Source: an uncultured Dehalococcoidia bacterium
GTDB lineage: Bacteria > Chloroflexota > Dehalococcoidia > SM23-28-2 > RBG-16-64-32
Assembly: GCA_964649215.1 (NCBI GenBank)
Contig: CAZYOV010000002.1
Span: 2,288-66,287, forward strand
DNA: 64,000 bases
Reading direction: 5' to 3'
Within the stretch, counting starts at the first letter, position 1; each line of letters starts with the position of its first letter. The notes under the pieces are model-generated. The model searched no databases. It had not been told where the DNA came from and was given only the letters and a program-made list of their open reading frames with translations. The translations under genes and the position numbers were made by a program. Of this stretch, positions 28,019 to 36,189 are shown piece by piece.

Positions 28019-28285
28019 TTGATACTATCCGATGACGCCTCGGCCATTAAGCTACTTCCGCCCTTGCTCAAAAAGTTTGCACTAGAGATAGAGGGCGGAA
28101 CTGGAATGAAGATGGGAAAGGTGCGAATCAGCCCCACAGCCGTAGCGTTCTTAATGGGGGGCCAAGGCACAGCGGCGCGCATTTCCGGAGCGCGGCAGCC
28201 GATAGCGAGCTTCATCTACGTGCTTCTCTCGGAAGACCCAGAACTCGCCAAAGACGTTGCAGGACGCGCAACCAAGCTGGCCTAA
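28019..28285 (+). CDS. hypothetical protein
   Basis: 88-aa ORF; no motif. Confidence 0.3.
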   Translation: MILSDDASAIKLLPPLLKKFALEIEGGTGMKMGKVRISPTAVAFLMGGQGTAARISGARQPIASFIYVLLSEDPELAKDVAGRATKLA

Positions 28286-28405
28286 CAGGGACACGAGCTA
28301 AGGGCCGACAATCCCACCACTCCCAATCATCCCACTTGATCTGATCAGGCGTGTCCATTACCTGCTCCGACGGGGATAATCACGTGCTCCAACGCCCTAC
28401 TCATC

Positions 28406-28789
28406 CTACTTGTGGCCCCTCCGTAGGTGCAGGTCGCGCCCATTCTCAGAATCAAAGAAGCGGTTGCAGTCTCCGTCCGTGCAATCAAAGCCACGCTGAA
28501 CGGGCGGCGGCGGCACTCGCGGGACATTGCCCTCACGTCGCATAGCGGCAAGGGCTAGGTCTTCCTGCTCTTGCCGTACCCTCTCCCGTCCCGCTGTCGC
28601 TACGCGGCCCTTGAATGTCTCCAAACACTCCAAGTTTCTATCAGCGGATTTACCGTCAATTGCGGTTATGGGGGTGTGGATTACCCTCCCGATGTTGTTC
28701 TCATCGGGAAGCGATGTCCAGCTGTCGCCCCGCTCAAGGCCACCACAGACGAAACAGCCCTTCTTCTTCTCCTCCGTAGCGATTGTCAA
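28406..28789 (-). CDS. hypothetical zinc-binding protein (CxxC and C..C..H..H motifs)
   Basis: 127 aa; CFVCGG and FDCTDGDCNRFFDSENGRDLHLRRGH. Confidence 0.4.
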   Translation of the reverse strand: MTIATEEKKKGCFVCGGLERGDSWTSLPDENNIGRVIHTPITAIDGKSADRNLECLETFKGRVATAGRERVRQEQEDLALAAMRREGNVPRVPPPPVQRGFDCTDGDCNRFFDSENGRDLHLRRGHK

Positions 28790-29181
28790 AATATCCCCAA
28801 TTCCTGCGCTTTGGAGGTTGAAATCTCGCCCTTGGCGTAGGCTGCGCGGGCCTTGTTTAGATCGACCTTCGGCTTCGGCGGCTTCTGACCTGACGGCGCG
28901 ACTGGCACGGCCCCGCCCTTAATGAACGTCTTGAACGTCTTGTACACGTCTGCGGCATCTTCGCTTTCGGGAAACTCGCTCATCTGGTCGAGTCGGCCTA
29001 GTAGCTCCCTGCCTGCGGCGCTGTCGGCCCCCTCTTGAACCGCCTCCATTACCTGTGTCTTGGCCAGGGCGATGCGCCCCTGGTAGTTAGCAGCCGCTAC
29101 GAGGTTCCCCTCTTTCATCTGAGAGTCGAGCGCTGCCTGTGACGGAGTGGCGTCGCTCTGCGTAAAGTCGTCGTCTGCCAT
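28786..29181 (-). CDS. hypothetical protein (overlapping stop/start with 28406 gene)
   Basis: 131 aa; acidic N-terminus, Lys/Pro-rich C-terminus. Confidence 0.4.
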   Translation of the reverse strand: MADDDFTQSDATPSQAALDSQMKEGNLVAAANYQGRIALAKTQVMEAVQEGADSAAGRELLGRLDQMSEFPESEDAADVYKTFKTFIKGGAVPVAPSGQKPPKPKVDLNKARAAYAKGEISTSKAQELGIF

Positions 29182-29348
29182 CGCGTCCTCCTTGTGTCAG
29201 TGATACGGGGCCTGACGCTTCTACAGCGAAAGGGCCTGACAACCGCTCAACTGCGGAGGTGTCAGGCCCCGTTCACCAGTATTGTAGCACGGGGGTAGAT
29301 GGGGTTAGCGGTTGGTGCAAACCTCGCGGCCAACCCCCCTTGGCCCCC

Positions 29349-29371
29349 CGGCGAATCTTGTCGCCCATTTG
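29349..29371 (+). repeat. arm-type repeat ttgtcgcccatttgtcgtccaaa (attR side)
   Basis: Direct repeat of 14501-14523. Preceded by ccccccggcg at 29331, which echoes the terminator half at 14485. Confidence 0.55.
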
Positions 29372-29494
29372 TCGTCCAAAAGCAAGTGAGAGGGAGTAAC
29401 GGGGAGTGACAGGGGGTGAAAAAGGGAGCCTTTCCAGACACGGAAAGTGGCTCAGGGTGAAAAGAATTGACTGGTTGTGACGGGTAGGCGGGAA

Positions 29495-29517
29495 TTCGAA
29501 TCCCGTATGCGCCACCA
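29495..29517 (+). repeat. displaced 3' fragment of tRNA-Glu (att core, ttcgaatcccgtatgcgccacca)
   Basis: Exact 23-nt copy of 14442-14464, followed by the hairpin at 29532-29558. Confidence 0.65.
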
Positions 29518-29574
29518 TAGCGCGAACGTGCAAGGCGAGGCAAAAGGCGCCTCGCCTTGCTGCATCCGGGGTGG

Positions 29575-30339
29575 TTACCCCTGACCCTCACGCACGGCAC
29601 GGATGTCCTCTCGCACGGCGCGCTCCATAGCGCTGTGATCGCCGGTGATTCGGACAAGCCGGAACCCCTCCTCGATGCGCCTCGCCGCGGCGACGGGGTT
29701 GGAGTGGACGCCGGGGACGACGCCATGCTTGTGGCAGCTCTCCACAACGCGCTTGCGGGCCTGCACGTACTCCTCCACCTCGCCGTCCTGCTCAGGCGTG
29801 ATCCCCATGGAGATCGTCAGGTCCATCGGCCCGATGTAGGCGACGTCGATGCCGGGTACGCTGAGGATGTCGTCCAGGTTCTCCATCGCCTCTACGGTCT
29901 CGATCTGGGGGATGCAGAGGATCTCGTCATTGGCGTGGGCGAGGTAGTCGAACCCGGCGTAGTAGGCGGCGCGCGTGGGCCCGTGGCTGCGTATGCCCCG
30001 CGGCGGGAAGCGGCAGGCCGCGGCGGCGGCCTCCGCTTGCGCGCGGTCGTTAACCAGCGGCACGATGATGCCGTAGGCGCCGGCGTCCAGCATCTTCATG
30101 ATCATGGCCGGCTCGCACCAGGGGACTCGAACGATTGGCGTGACGCCCGTGGCGGAGATCGTCTGTAGCATCGGCACGGCAGTGTCGTAGCCGATAACGC
30201 CGTGCTGCATGTCCAGGCACAGCCAATCCAGGTCCTGGGCGGCCATGACCTCGGCCGAAAAAGTGTTGCCGATCGAGAGCCAGCCTCCCAGCGCCGGCTT
30301 ATCTTCCTGCCATAGCCTCTTTACGGCGTTCTCACGCAT
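29575..30339 (-). CDS. HpcH/HpaI family 2-keto-3-deoxy-acid aldolase
   Basis: 254 aa; ..WLSIGNTFSAEVMA..DWLCLDMQHG..PIVRVP..GIIVPLV.. typical of the HpcH/HpaI TIM-barrel family. Confidence 0.8.
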   Translation of the reverse strand: MRENAVKRLWQEDKPALGGWLSIGNTFSAEVMAAQDLDWLCLDMQHGVIGYDTAVPMLQTISATGVTPIVRVPWCEPAMIMKMLDAGAYGIIVPLVNDRAQAEAAAAACRFPPRGIRSHGPTRAAYYAGFDYLAHANDEILCIPQIETVEAMENLDDILSVPGIDVAYIGPMDLTISMGITPEQDGEVEEYVQARKRVVESCHKHGVVPGVHSNPVAAARRIEEGFRLVRITGDHSAMERAVREDIRAVREGQG

Positions 30340-30465
30340 TCGAGTCCTCCATCACTGTCGGGGGGTGACGGCTCACCACTATCACGCCGCCGGGCGGCTG
30401 TCAACGCCGCCTCGTGCGCCTGGCGCGGCCTGTGGTATCCTTCCTCCCGAAGGGAGCGTCCCGCC

Positions 30466-32148
30466 ATGCCCAAGCTCACCGGCCGATACGCCTTTCTTGA
30501 CCAGCTCGTCGCCGACGGAGTGACGCATGTCTTCGGCAACCCGGGCACGACGGAAGAGGCGTTCCAGGACGCCCTGCAGGACTATCCTCAGATTAAGTAT
30601 ATCCTCGCCCTGCACGAGTCCGCTGCCGTGGGGATCGCGGACGGCTACGCGCGAGCCAGCGGGCGTCCGTCCTTTCTCCAGCTTCACATCAACCCCGGCC
30701 TGGGCAACGCCATGGGGATGCTGTACAACTCCTACCGCACCCGCACGCCGATGGTGGTCTACGCGGGCCAGCACCCCCAACGCGGCGGCTCCCAGGAGCC
30801 GATCCTGGCCGGTGACCTGGTGCGTATGGCGGGGCCGGTGACAAAGTGGGCGACGCAGGCTGAGGACGCCGCCGAGATCCCGATCATGTTGCGCCGCGCC
30901 TTCAAAGTGGCGATGGAGCCGCCAGCGGGGCCCGTTTTCCTCTCGATCCCGACTAACGTAATGGACGAGGAGGCGGAGGTTGAGATCGCCGCCACCGCCT
31001 ACACCAACACCCGCGTCCGGCCGGATCCGGAGGCGGTGGAGCGAGCGGCCGAGGTGCTGGCAGGTGCGCAATCGCCGGTCATTATCTGCGGCGCCGGCGT
31101 TGCCACGTCGGGCGCCGTGCCGGAGCTCGTGCAGATTGCGGAGGCGCTGGGAGCCCGCGTTCACGCCTCCTTCTCCGCCGAGCTACCGTTTCCGGAGGAT
31201 CACCCGCTATACGCCGGGCTGTTGAACGTCATCTCGGAGCCGGCGCTGAAAGGTCAGCTTTCGGCCGCAGATGTTATCCTGGCGGTGGGCACGCCGCTCC
31301 TCACGCTCCTGTTCCCCTTAAACGAGCCGCCCTTTCCTCCGCAGGCCACGACTATTCACATCGACCTTGATCCGTGGGAGATATCGAAGAGCTGGCCCGT
31401 TCAGCACGGCATAATGGCGGATCCGAAGATGGCCCTGACGGATCTCCTGGCCGCCCTTCAGAAGCAACTGTCACCCGCCCACCAGGAGGCGGCCCAGCGT
31501 CGCGCCCAGGCAACGCAGGCGATGGCCCAGCAGTTCGCGCAGGCGATGGACGCTTCCGCCCAGGCGAAGTGGGATAGCGTTCCGATAGCCCCGGCGCGTA
31601 TGGCCAAGGAGCTCGCCAACGCCATCGCTCCCGGCACCGTCCTGTTCGACGAGTCGATCACCGCCGGCGGCCATCTCATGCGCCACATGCGGATGTCGGA
31701 GCCGGGGACGCACTATCGCGCCACCGGCGGCGGTCTGGGCCCCGGCATGCCCAATCCGATAGGCATAAAGCTGGCGCGACCGGATCGTCCCGTGCTCTCA
31801 ATCATCGGTGACGGCGCCGCTCTGTACACGATCCAGGCGCTTTGGTCGGCTGCACACCACAAGGTACCGGTTACCTGGGTGATCGCCAACAACGCTTCCT
31901 ACCGCATCTTGAAGCTCAACATGCTGGAGTACCTTGGGGAAGGTGCCGCCGGCCGTAAGTTCGTCGCTATGGACCTCGCGGACCCGCCGCTGGACTTCTC
32001 GCATATCGCCGCCTCGTTCGGCGTCAAGGGCGTACGTATCGAACACCCGGACCAGATCGGCGATGCCGTGCGGGAGGCGCAGGCGGCCGATGAGCCCCGC
32101 CTGGTGGATATCGTCATTGACGGTGACATCCGTTCTCGCTGGCTGTAG
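30466..32148 (+). CDS. thiamine-pyrophosphate enzyme (acetolactate synthase / benzoylformate decarboxylase family)
   Basis: 560 aa; N-terminal Pyr domain (VFGNPGTTEE); C-terminal TPP-binding GDG..N motif (IIGDGAALYTIQALWSAAHHKVPVTWVIANN). Confidence 0.8.
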   Translation: MPKLTGRYAFLDQLVADGVTHVFGNPGTTEEAFQDALQDYPQIKYILALHESAAVGIADGYARASGRPSFLQLHINPGLGNAMGMLYNSYRTRTPMVVYAGQHPQRGGSQEPILAGDLVRMAGPVTKWATQAEDAAEIPIMLRRAFKVAMEPPAGPVFLSIPTNVMDEEAEVEIAATAYTNTRVRPDPEAVERAAEVLAGAQSPVIICGAGVATSGAVPELVQIAEALGARVHASFSAELPFPEDHPLYAGLLNVISEPALKGQLSAADVILAVGTPLLTLLFPLNEPPFPPQATTIHIDLDPWEISKSWPVQHGIMADPKMALTDLLAALQKQLSPAHQEAAQRRAQATQAMAQQFAQAMDASAQAKWDSVPIAPARMAKELANAIAPGTVLFDESITAGGHLMRHMRMSEPGTHYRATGGGLGPGMPNPIGIKLARPDRPVLSIIGDGAALYTIQALWSAAHHKVPVTWVIANNASYRILKLNMLEYLGEGAAGRKFVAMDLADPPLDFSHIAASFGVKGVRIEHPDQIGDAVREAQAADEPRLVDIVIDGDIRSRWL

Positions 32149-32529
32149 GCCCCCGGCATCGGATAGTAGGCAGGTTTGCTCATCCTACCGCTATCGCTCA
32201 ACGAAGCCGGCTCTTTCCGTGTAAGCGGGTAACCATTACTATGACAGAGTCGTTTTCACCAACGCCATGCAAGAGCTCAAACGGAGCTACCAGGACGCCT
32301 ATTCAGCCTGGCAGACCCAGCTTCAGTCCCTCCACCGCGTGCTTCTGGACGGGGAGCGGCTGGAGCCGCCGAAGCTCAAAGCGCTGCTCTACCGGGAGGC
32401 GCTTATGAAGGAACGCTACGACCGAGCGCGCCGGGCTCTGTTGGGCCTGGCAGAAGAAGAGTAAAACCTCGTGAATTCGGCCCGTATCTACAGTCGTTCG
32501 TCGCACGTTCTGTTAGTGGTTGTGCGGTC

Positions 32530-33153
32530 ATGTACATTCAGGCTTTGTCAGGACTAATGGATAAACCCCGGGATCTGCCGGCAGGCACAAAGGCCGCCAG
32601 CACCCCCAGCGACCACTTGCGGGAGTGGGAGCTGGTGCAACGTGCTCAGGCGCTGGACGATGTCGCCCTGGCCTCCCTCTACTCCACCTACTACCCAAAG
32701 ATTTACAACTACGCATTCCTGCAGTTGGGCGATATCCATGGGGCGGAGGATCTGGCCTCCGATGTCATGCTCAAGCTACTGGAGTCCATTAAGAAGTACC
32801 AGTTCAAGGGCACACCGTTCTCCGCCTGGGTGTTCCGAATCGCCCGCAACAGGCTGATCGATCTGCACCGCCGCCGTAAGCGGCGCGGCGAGGTCAACCT
32901 GACTGAGCCGCTGGTCGCCATGCAGATCGGGCCTCAGACTTTGGCCGAGCGGGCTCTCGATCGGGGGCAGCTCCAACTCGCCCTGAGGTACCTCACGGAC
33001 GAGCAGAGGCAGGTGATCGTCCTCAAATTCATCGAAGGATTCGACAACGCTGCTGTGGCCCGCGTCCTTGGCCGCAGTGAGGGCGCTATCAAGTCGCTAC
33101 AGCACCGGGCGCTGAACTCGCTTCGACGCGTCATGTCGGGGGAGTCTCGCTGA
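32530..33153 (+). CDS. ECF (sigma-24 type) RNA polymerase sigma factor
   Basis: Region 2 (..YNYAFLQLGDIHGAEDLASDV..FSAWVFRIARN) and region 4 (LTDEQRQVIVLKFIEGFDNAAVARVLGRSEGAIKSLQHRA). Confidence 0.75.
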   Translation: MYIQALSGLMDKPRDLPAGTKAASTPSDHLREWELVQRAQALDDVALASLYSTYYPKIYNYAFLQLGDIHGAEDLASDVMLKLLESIKKYQFKGTPFSAWVFRIARNRLIDLHRRRKRRGEVNLTEPLVAMQIGPQTLAERALDRGQLQLALRYLTDEQRQVIVLKFIEGFDNAAVARVLGRSEGAIKSLQHRALNSLRRVMSGESR

Positions 33154-34970
33154 TGGCGCGGGGATTCTCCGCTGCCCTGGACGAATGCTTGGCCGCCATG
33201 AGCGTGGGCGAGAGCCTGGAGGAGTGCCTGGCCCGCTATCCGCAGTATGCGGAAGAGTTGCGGACACACCTGCCGCTGGCACAGCGGCTGACCATGACGC
33301 CACGGCACGAGCCGCGGGCCGGTGTCCAGGAGGCAGCCTGGCAGCGCTTCCGCTCACGGGTGGAGGATATGCGCCTCGGGCGGAGGCCGCCGCTTTCATT
33401 CGCCTGGCTGCGTCCGCTGACGATCGCGGCCCTCTTGGTGCTGGCCATCGTGGGCGCTGCGGGCGGCACCGCATACGCATCGCAGGACGTTCTTCCCGAT
33501 AGTCCCCTCTATCGAGTCAAGCTGTTCACGGAGGATGCGCGGGTGTGGTTCACCTTCGACGATAGTCGGAAGGCGGAGTTGCTGCTCAACCAGTCCAACG
33601 AGCGCACGGACGAGGTCATGGCGATGCTGCGCGCCGGGAAGCCGATTCCGGGAAACGTCCTCAGCGCCCTCCGAGAGCGTAACGCACGGGCCGTGCGCAT
33701 CTTGGAGGACCACCCCGATGAGCTGGCCTTGCTGGCACGCGCACGCGAACAGTCGGCTGAGCAGGAGGACCTGTTGCTGGTGTTGTGGGGAGACCTCGCG
33801 GAGTCCGCACAGGACGACTACGCCGAGGTCGTAGCCACTCTTCACAACGTCCAACTGCGGACCAGTGGCACGCCGGGCTCCGTTAGGCCCGACGATCTCG
33901 CCGCTGGGGTCATCCACATAAGCGGATCGGCCGAGCTGGCGGCAGAGGGCGTGTGGCTGTTGGGCGGCGTTGAGGTCAGGATTGATCTTCGCACGCGAGG
34001 GGACAACGAGCTTGAGCCGGGTCAGATGGTCAGAGTTGTCGCCGCTAGGGGAAGCGATGGACGGCTACTCGCGCTTGAGGTTACGGCTGTCAGTGATGGA
34101 CTGCCCGATCAGCAGTACATCGTCTCCGGCACCTTGGAAGACGTGGGCGATGGCGAAGTGGTTATCGCTGGCCAGCGGATCGCCATCACCGCGAGGACTC
34201 TGCTCAAGCTCCGGCTGCAGCGGGGCCAGCGGGTGGAGATAAGAGTCGATGACATCGACGGGCAGGCCGTCGCTTCCAGCGTGGAGGGATCTGCGGGTGA
34301 TGTGGATGAGGCGGCATCCGCTCTTCTGGCCTACGAGGGAATCATTGAGGGCGCGGTCAGGACTGATGAAGTCAGCAACGATTTGGTGGTAGGCGGTCAG
34401 CAGTTCACCGTTACACCCAGCACCGAGATCGACGCCCGAGGCGGGGTGCTGGCAGAAGGCGCCCGCGCCCGCGTGGAGGCGGTAGTCGAAGACGGGGACG
34501 TGATCGCCAAGAGGGTGGTGATCCTGGCCGATGCGGACGGCGCGGACGAGGACATCGTCCGGATTGAAGGGGTGCTGGAAGCGGGGGACGATGAGAGCTG
34601 GACTGTCAGCGGCATAGAGGTAGTCGCTCCTGCCGAGGCGGAAACCCCGGAAGTCGGTAGCCTTGTCACCCTTGAAGGACGCCTGATAGACGAGCATCTC
34701 GTTCTGGAGAAGCTCGTCACCACCTTCACGCCCGGTCGCAGTGGGCTGGCGCTCATTCGCGGCACCATCAGGCGAATAGAAGAGAGCGGCGCCTGGCAGA
34801 TCGGCCTCCTCCGAGTCGAGATACCAGATGAGGCGGTTGTGCTTGGAGCGCCTCAGGAGGGGAGCCGGGTGTTCATCTGGGGAAGCCGTGACGACGAGGG
34901 TTCCTTGCAGGCTGTTTACGTCAACATCCTAAACCGGACGCCGGAGGTTCCACCGGCCTCGGAGGACTAA
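33153..34970 (+). CDS. anti-sigma-factor-like membrane protein with DUF5667-like N-domain and repeated DUF5666-like beta domains
   Basis: Start overlaps the sigma gene stop. N-terminal LDECLAAMSVGESLEECLARYPQYAEEL. One TM helix (LTIAALLVLAIVGAAGG). C-terminal repeats of the pattern G.LE.V.DGE.V.I.G..I.. Confidence 0.6.
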   Translation: MARGFSAALDECLAAMSVGESLEECLARYPQYAEELRTHLPLAQRLTMTPRHEPRAGVQEAAWQRFRSRVEDMRLGRRPPLSFAWLRPLTIAALLVLAIVGAAGGTAYASQDVLPDSPLYRVKLFTEDARVWFTFDDSRKAELLLNQSNERTDEVMAMLRAGKPIPGNVLSALRERNARAVRILEDHPDELALLARAREQSAEQEDLLLVLWGDLAESAQDDYAEVVATLHNVQLRTSGTPGSVRPDDLAAGVIHISGSAELAAEGVWLLGGVEVRIDLRTRGDNELEPGQMVRVVAARGSDGRLLALEVTAVSDGLPDQQYIVSGTLEDVGDGEVVIAGQRIAITARTLLKLRLQRGQRVEIRVDDIDGQAVASSVEGSAGDVDEAASALLAYEGIIEGAVRTDEVSNDLVVGGQQFTVTPSTEIDARGGVLAEGARARVEAVVEDGDVIAKRVVILADADGADEDIVRIEGVLEAGDDESWTVSGIEVVAPAEAETPEVGSLVTLEGRLIDEHLVLEKLVTTFTPGRSGLALIRGTIRRIEESGAWQIGLLRVEIPDEAVVLGAPQEGSRVFIWGSRDDEGSLQAVYVNILNRTPEVPPASED

Positions 34971-35053
34971 GAAGCTCAATCCTATCCGTCGGCTGACCGG
35001 CACTCGGCAGCATGCCACATCGTATTGACAAACGGTAGGCGGCTGCGTATGGT

Positions 35054-35071
35054 ATAGCGAGCGCTCGCTAT
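35054..35071. promoter_or_regulatory. perfect 18-bp palindromic operator ATAGCGAGCGCTCGCTAT upstream of tetR
   Basis: 18 bp before the TetR ATG. Confidence 0.6.
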
Positions 35072-35088
35072 GGCGCGCGGGAGCCAGT

Positions 35089-35757
35089 ATGCCGAAGCTG
35101 AAGCCGGAGGAGATCGAGAACCGAAGGCGGGAGATAGTCGTAGCCGCCCGCGCTTGTTTCCTGCGCAACGGCTTCCACCAGACCACCACAGATGAGATCT
35201 GCCACGAGGCGGCGATCACGCCCGGCGGCCTCTATCATTACTTCGGCAGCAAGGAAGAGATCATAAGCGCCGTTATCGAGGATACGACGCAGGCCACAGT
35301 TGCTGACCTGACGTCAACGGCCGAAGCGTCCGGGGACATGCGCTCCGCCGTTGAGGCCCTGTCTTCGCTCTTCTTCGAGTGGGCACGCAATCCCGAGATT
35401 GATAACATGACGCGGCTGAACGTGGAGATCTGGGCCGAAACGTTGCGAAATGAGAAGCTGGCCGAGATCACGCGGGGAAGCCGGTCCATGCGGCGCGAGT
35501 GGCTGGAATCTCTAATCCGGAAAGCGAAATCTGAGGGCGTATACGCGGAGCAGGTTGACCCCAGAGGACTGGCCGATCTTATCATGGCGATCTTCGACGG
35601 ATTACGCCTGGGTAGATTGCTGTGGAAGGACGACTTCGACGTGGAGGGTGCTCTCCAGTCGCTGCTCCTGATGCAGACCGGCCGTCTCACCGACGGAGCA
35701 AATGTCACCGTAGACCAGGAAGAGGCACGCTCAGCCGGACGCGCTAGAGCGCGCTAA
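35089..35757 (+). CDS. TetR/AcrR family transcriptional regulator
   Basis: N-terminal HTH RREIVVAARACFLRNGFHQTTTDEICHEAAITPGGLYHYFGSKEEI. Confidence 0.8.
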   Translation: MPKLKPEEIENRRREIVVAARACFLRNGFHQTTTDEICHEAAITPGGLYHYFGSKEEIISAVIEDTTQATVADLTSTAEASGDMRSAVEALSSLFFEWARNPEIDNMTRLNVEIWAETLRNEKLAEITRGSRSMRREWLESLIRKAKSEGVYAEQVDPRGLADLIMAIFDGLRLGRLLWKDDFDVEGALQSLLLMQTGRLTDGANVTVDQEEARSAGRARAR

Positions 35758-36068
35758 CGAACGAGAAAGGGGTCGCCCAGGCCGTCAGCTAACTCCCTCC
35801 CTTTGGGCGATGACGGCCCGGGCGCCGATATTGAGGCCGCCGTGGGATCACCCCCGGCGGCCTCTCACGTCTCGGGGGCAAGGCTGAGCGGGGGAGAGCA
35901 GCAACCCCTTATTCAAGACGCCGAAGTTGGAACCAGCCGCGGCCGGCAGGCAGGCCAAAACGAACGGCAGCGAGATGAACACCGGACGATTTAGGCCGGC
36001 CGAGGCTGGAAGCTGTTTGCCTGTTCTCGAAATCATTTCATCTATATCATGCAATTGAAATCATGAGT

Positions 36069-36096
36069 ATTGTAGGGTATGGACGGCGGCAGTCAA
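36069..36096 (-). promoter_or_regulatory. strong sigma70-type promoter on the minus strand: TTGACT (rc of 36091-36096) -N16- TACAAT (rc of 36069-36074)
   Basis: Sits in a low-GC intergenic patch, immediately adjacent to three operator-like sites. Confidence 0.45.
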
Positions 36097-36125
36097 GAGG
36101 TTTGAGGGGAAAAGCAAGCATTATA

Positions 36126-36186
36126 TAGCGAGCGCTCGTTATACTGAGCGAGCGCTCGTTATACCAAGAAAGCGCTCGCTATCGCT
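36126..36186. promoter_or_regulatory. three tandem operator-like sites (atagcgagcgctcgttat / gagcgagcgctcgttata / aagcgctcgctatcgc) related to the tetR palindrome
   Basis: Direct inspection; the sites lie 3' of gltX on the minus-strand side. Confidence 0.55.
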
Positions 36187-36189
36187 ACT

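Larger units (their letters stand above)
14465..29517. mobile_element. putative tRNA-Glu-integrated element (about 15 kb; integrative or phage-plasmid-like)
   Basis: A 23-nt direct repeat of the tRNA-Glu 3' end (14442-14464 and 29495-29517) brackets int, xis-like HTH, a prim-pol/RepA helicase, regulators and cargo genes. Arm-type repeats sit at both ends. Confidence 0.6.

Noticed and set aside
35803-35994. 63-aa plus-strand ORF after tetR
   Set aside because: It has no SD and a Gly/Arg-rich composition, and overlaps the more interesting minus-strand candidate discussed in the findings.
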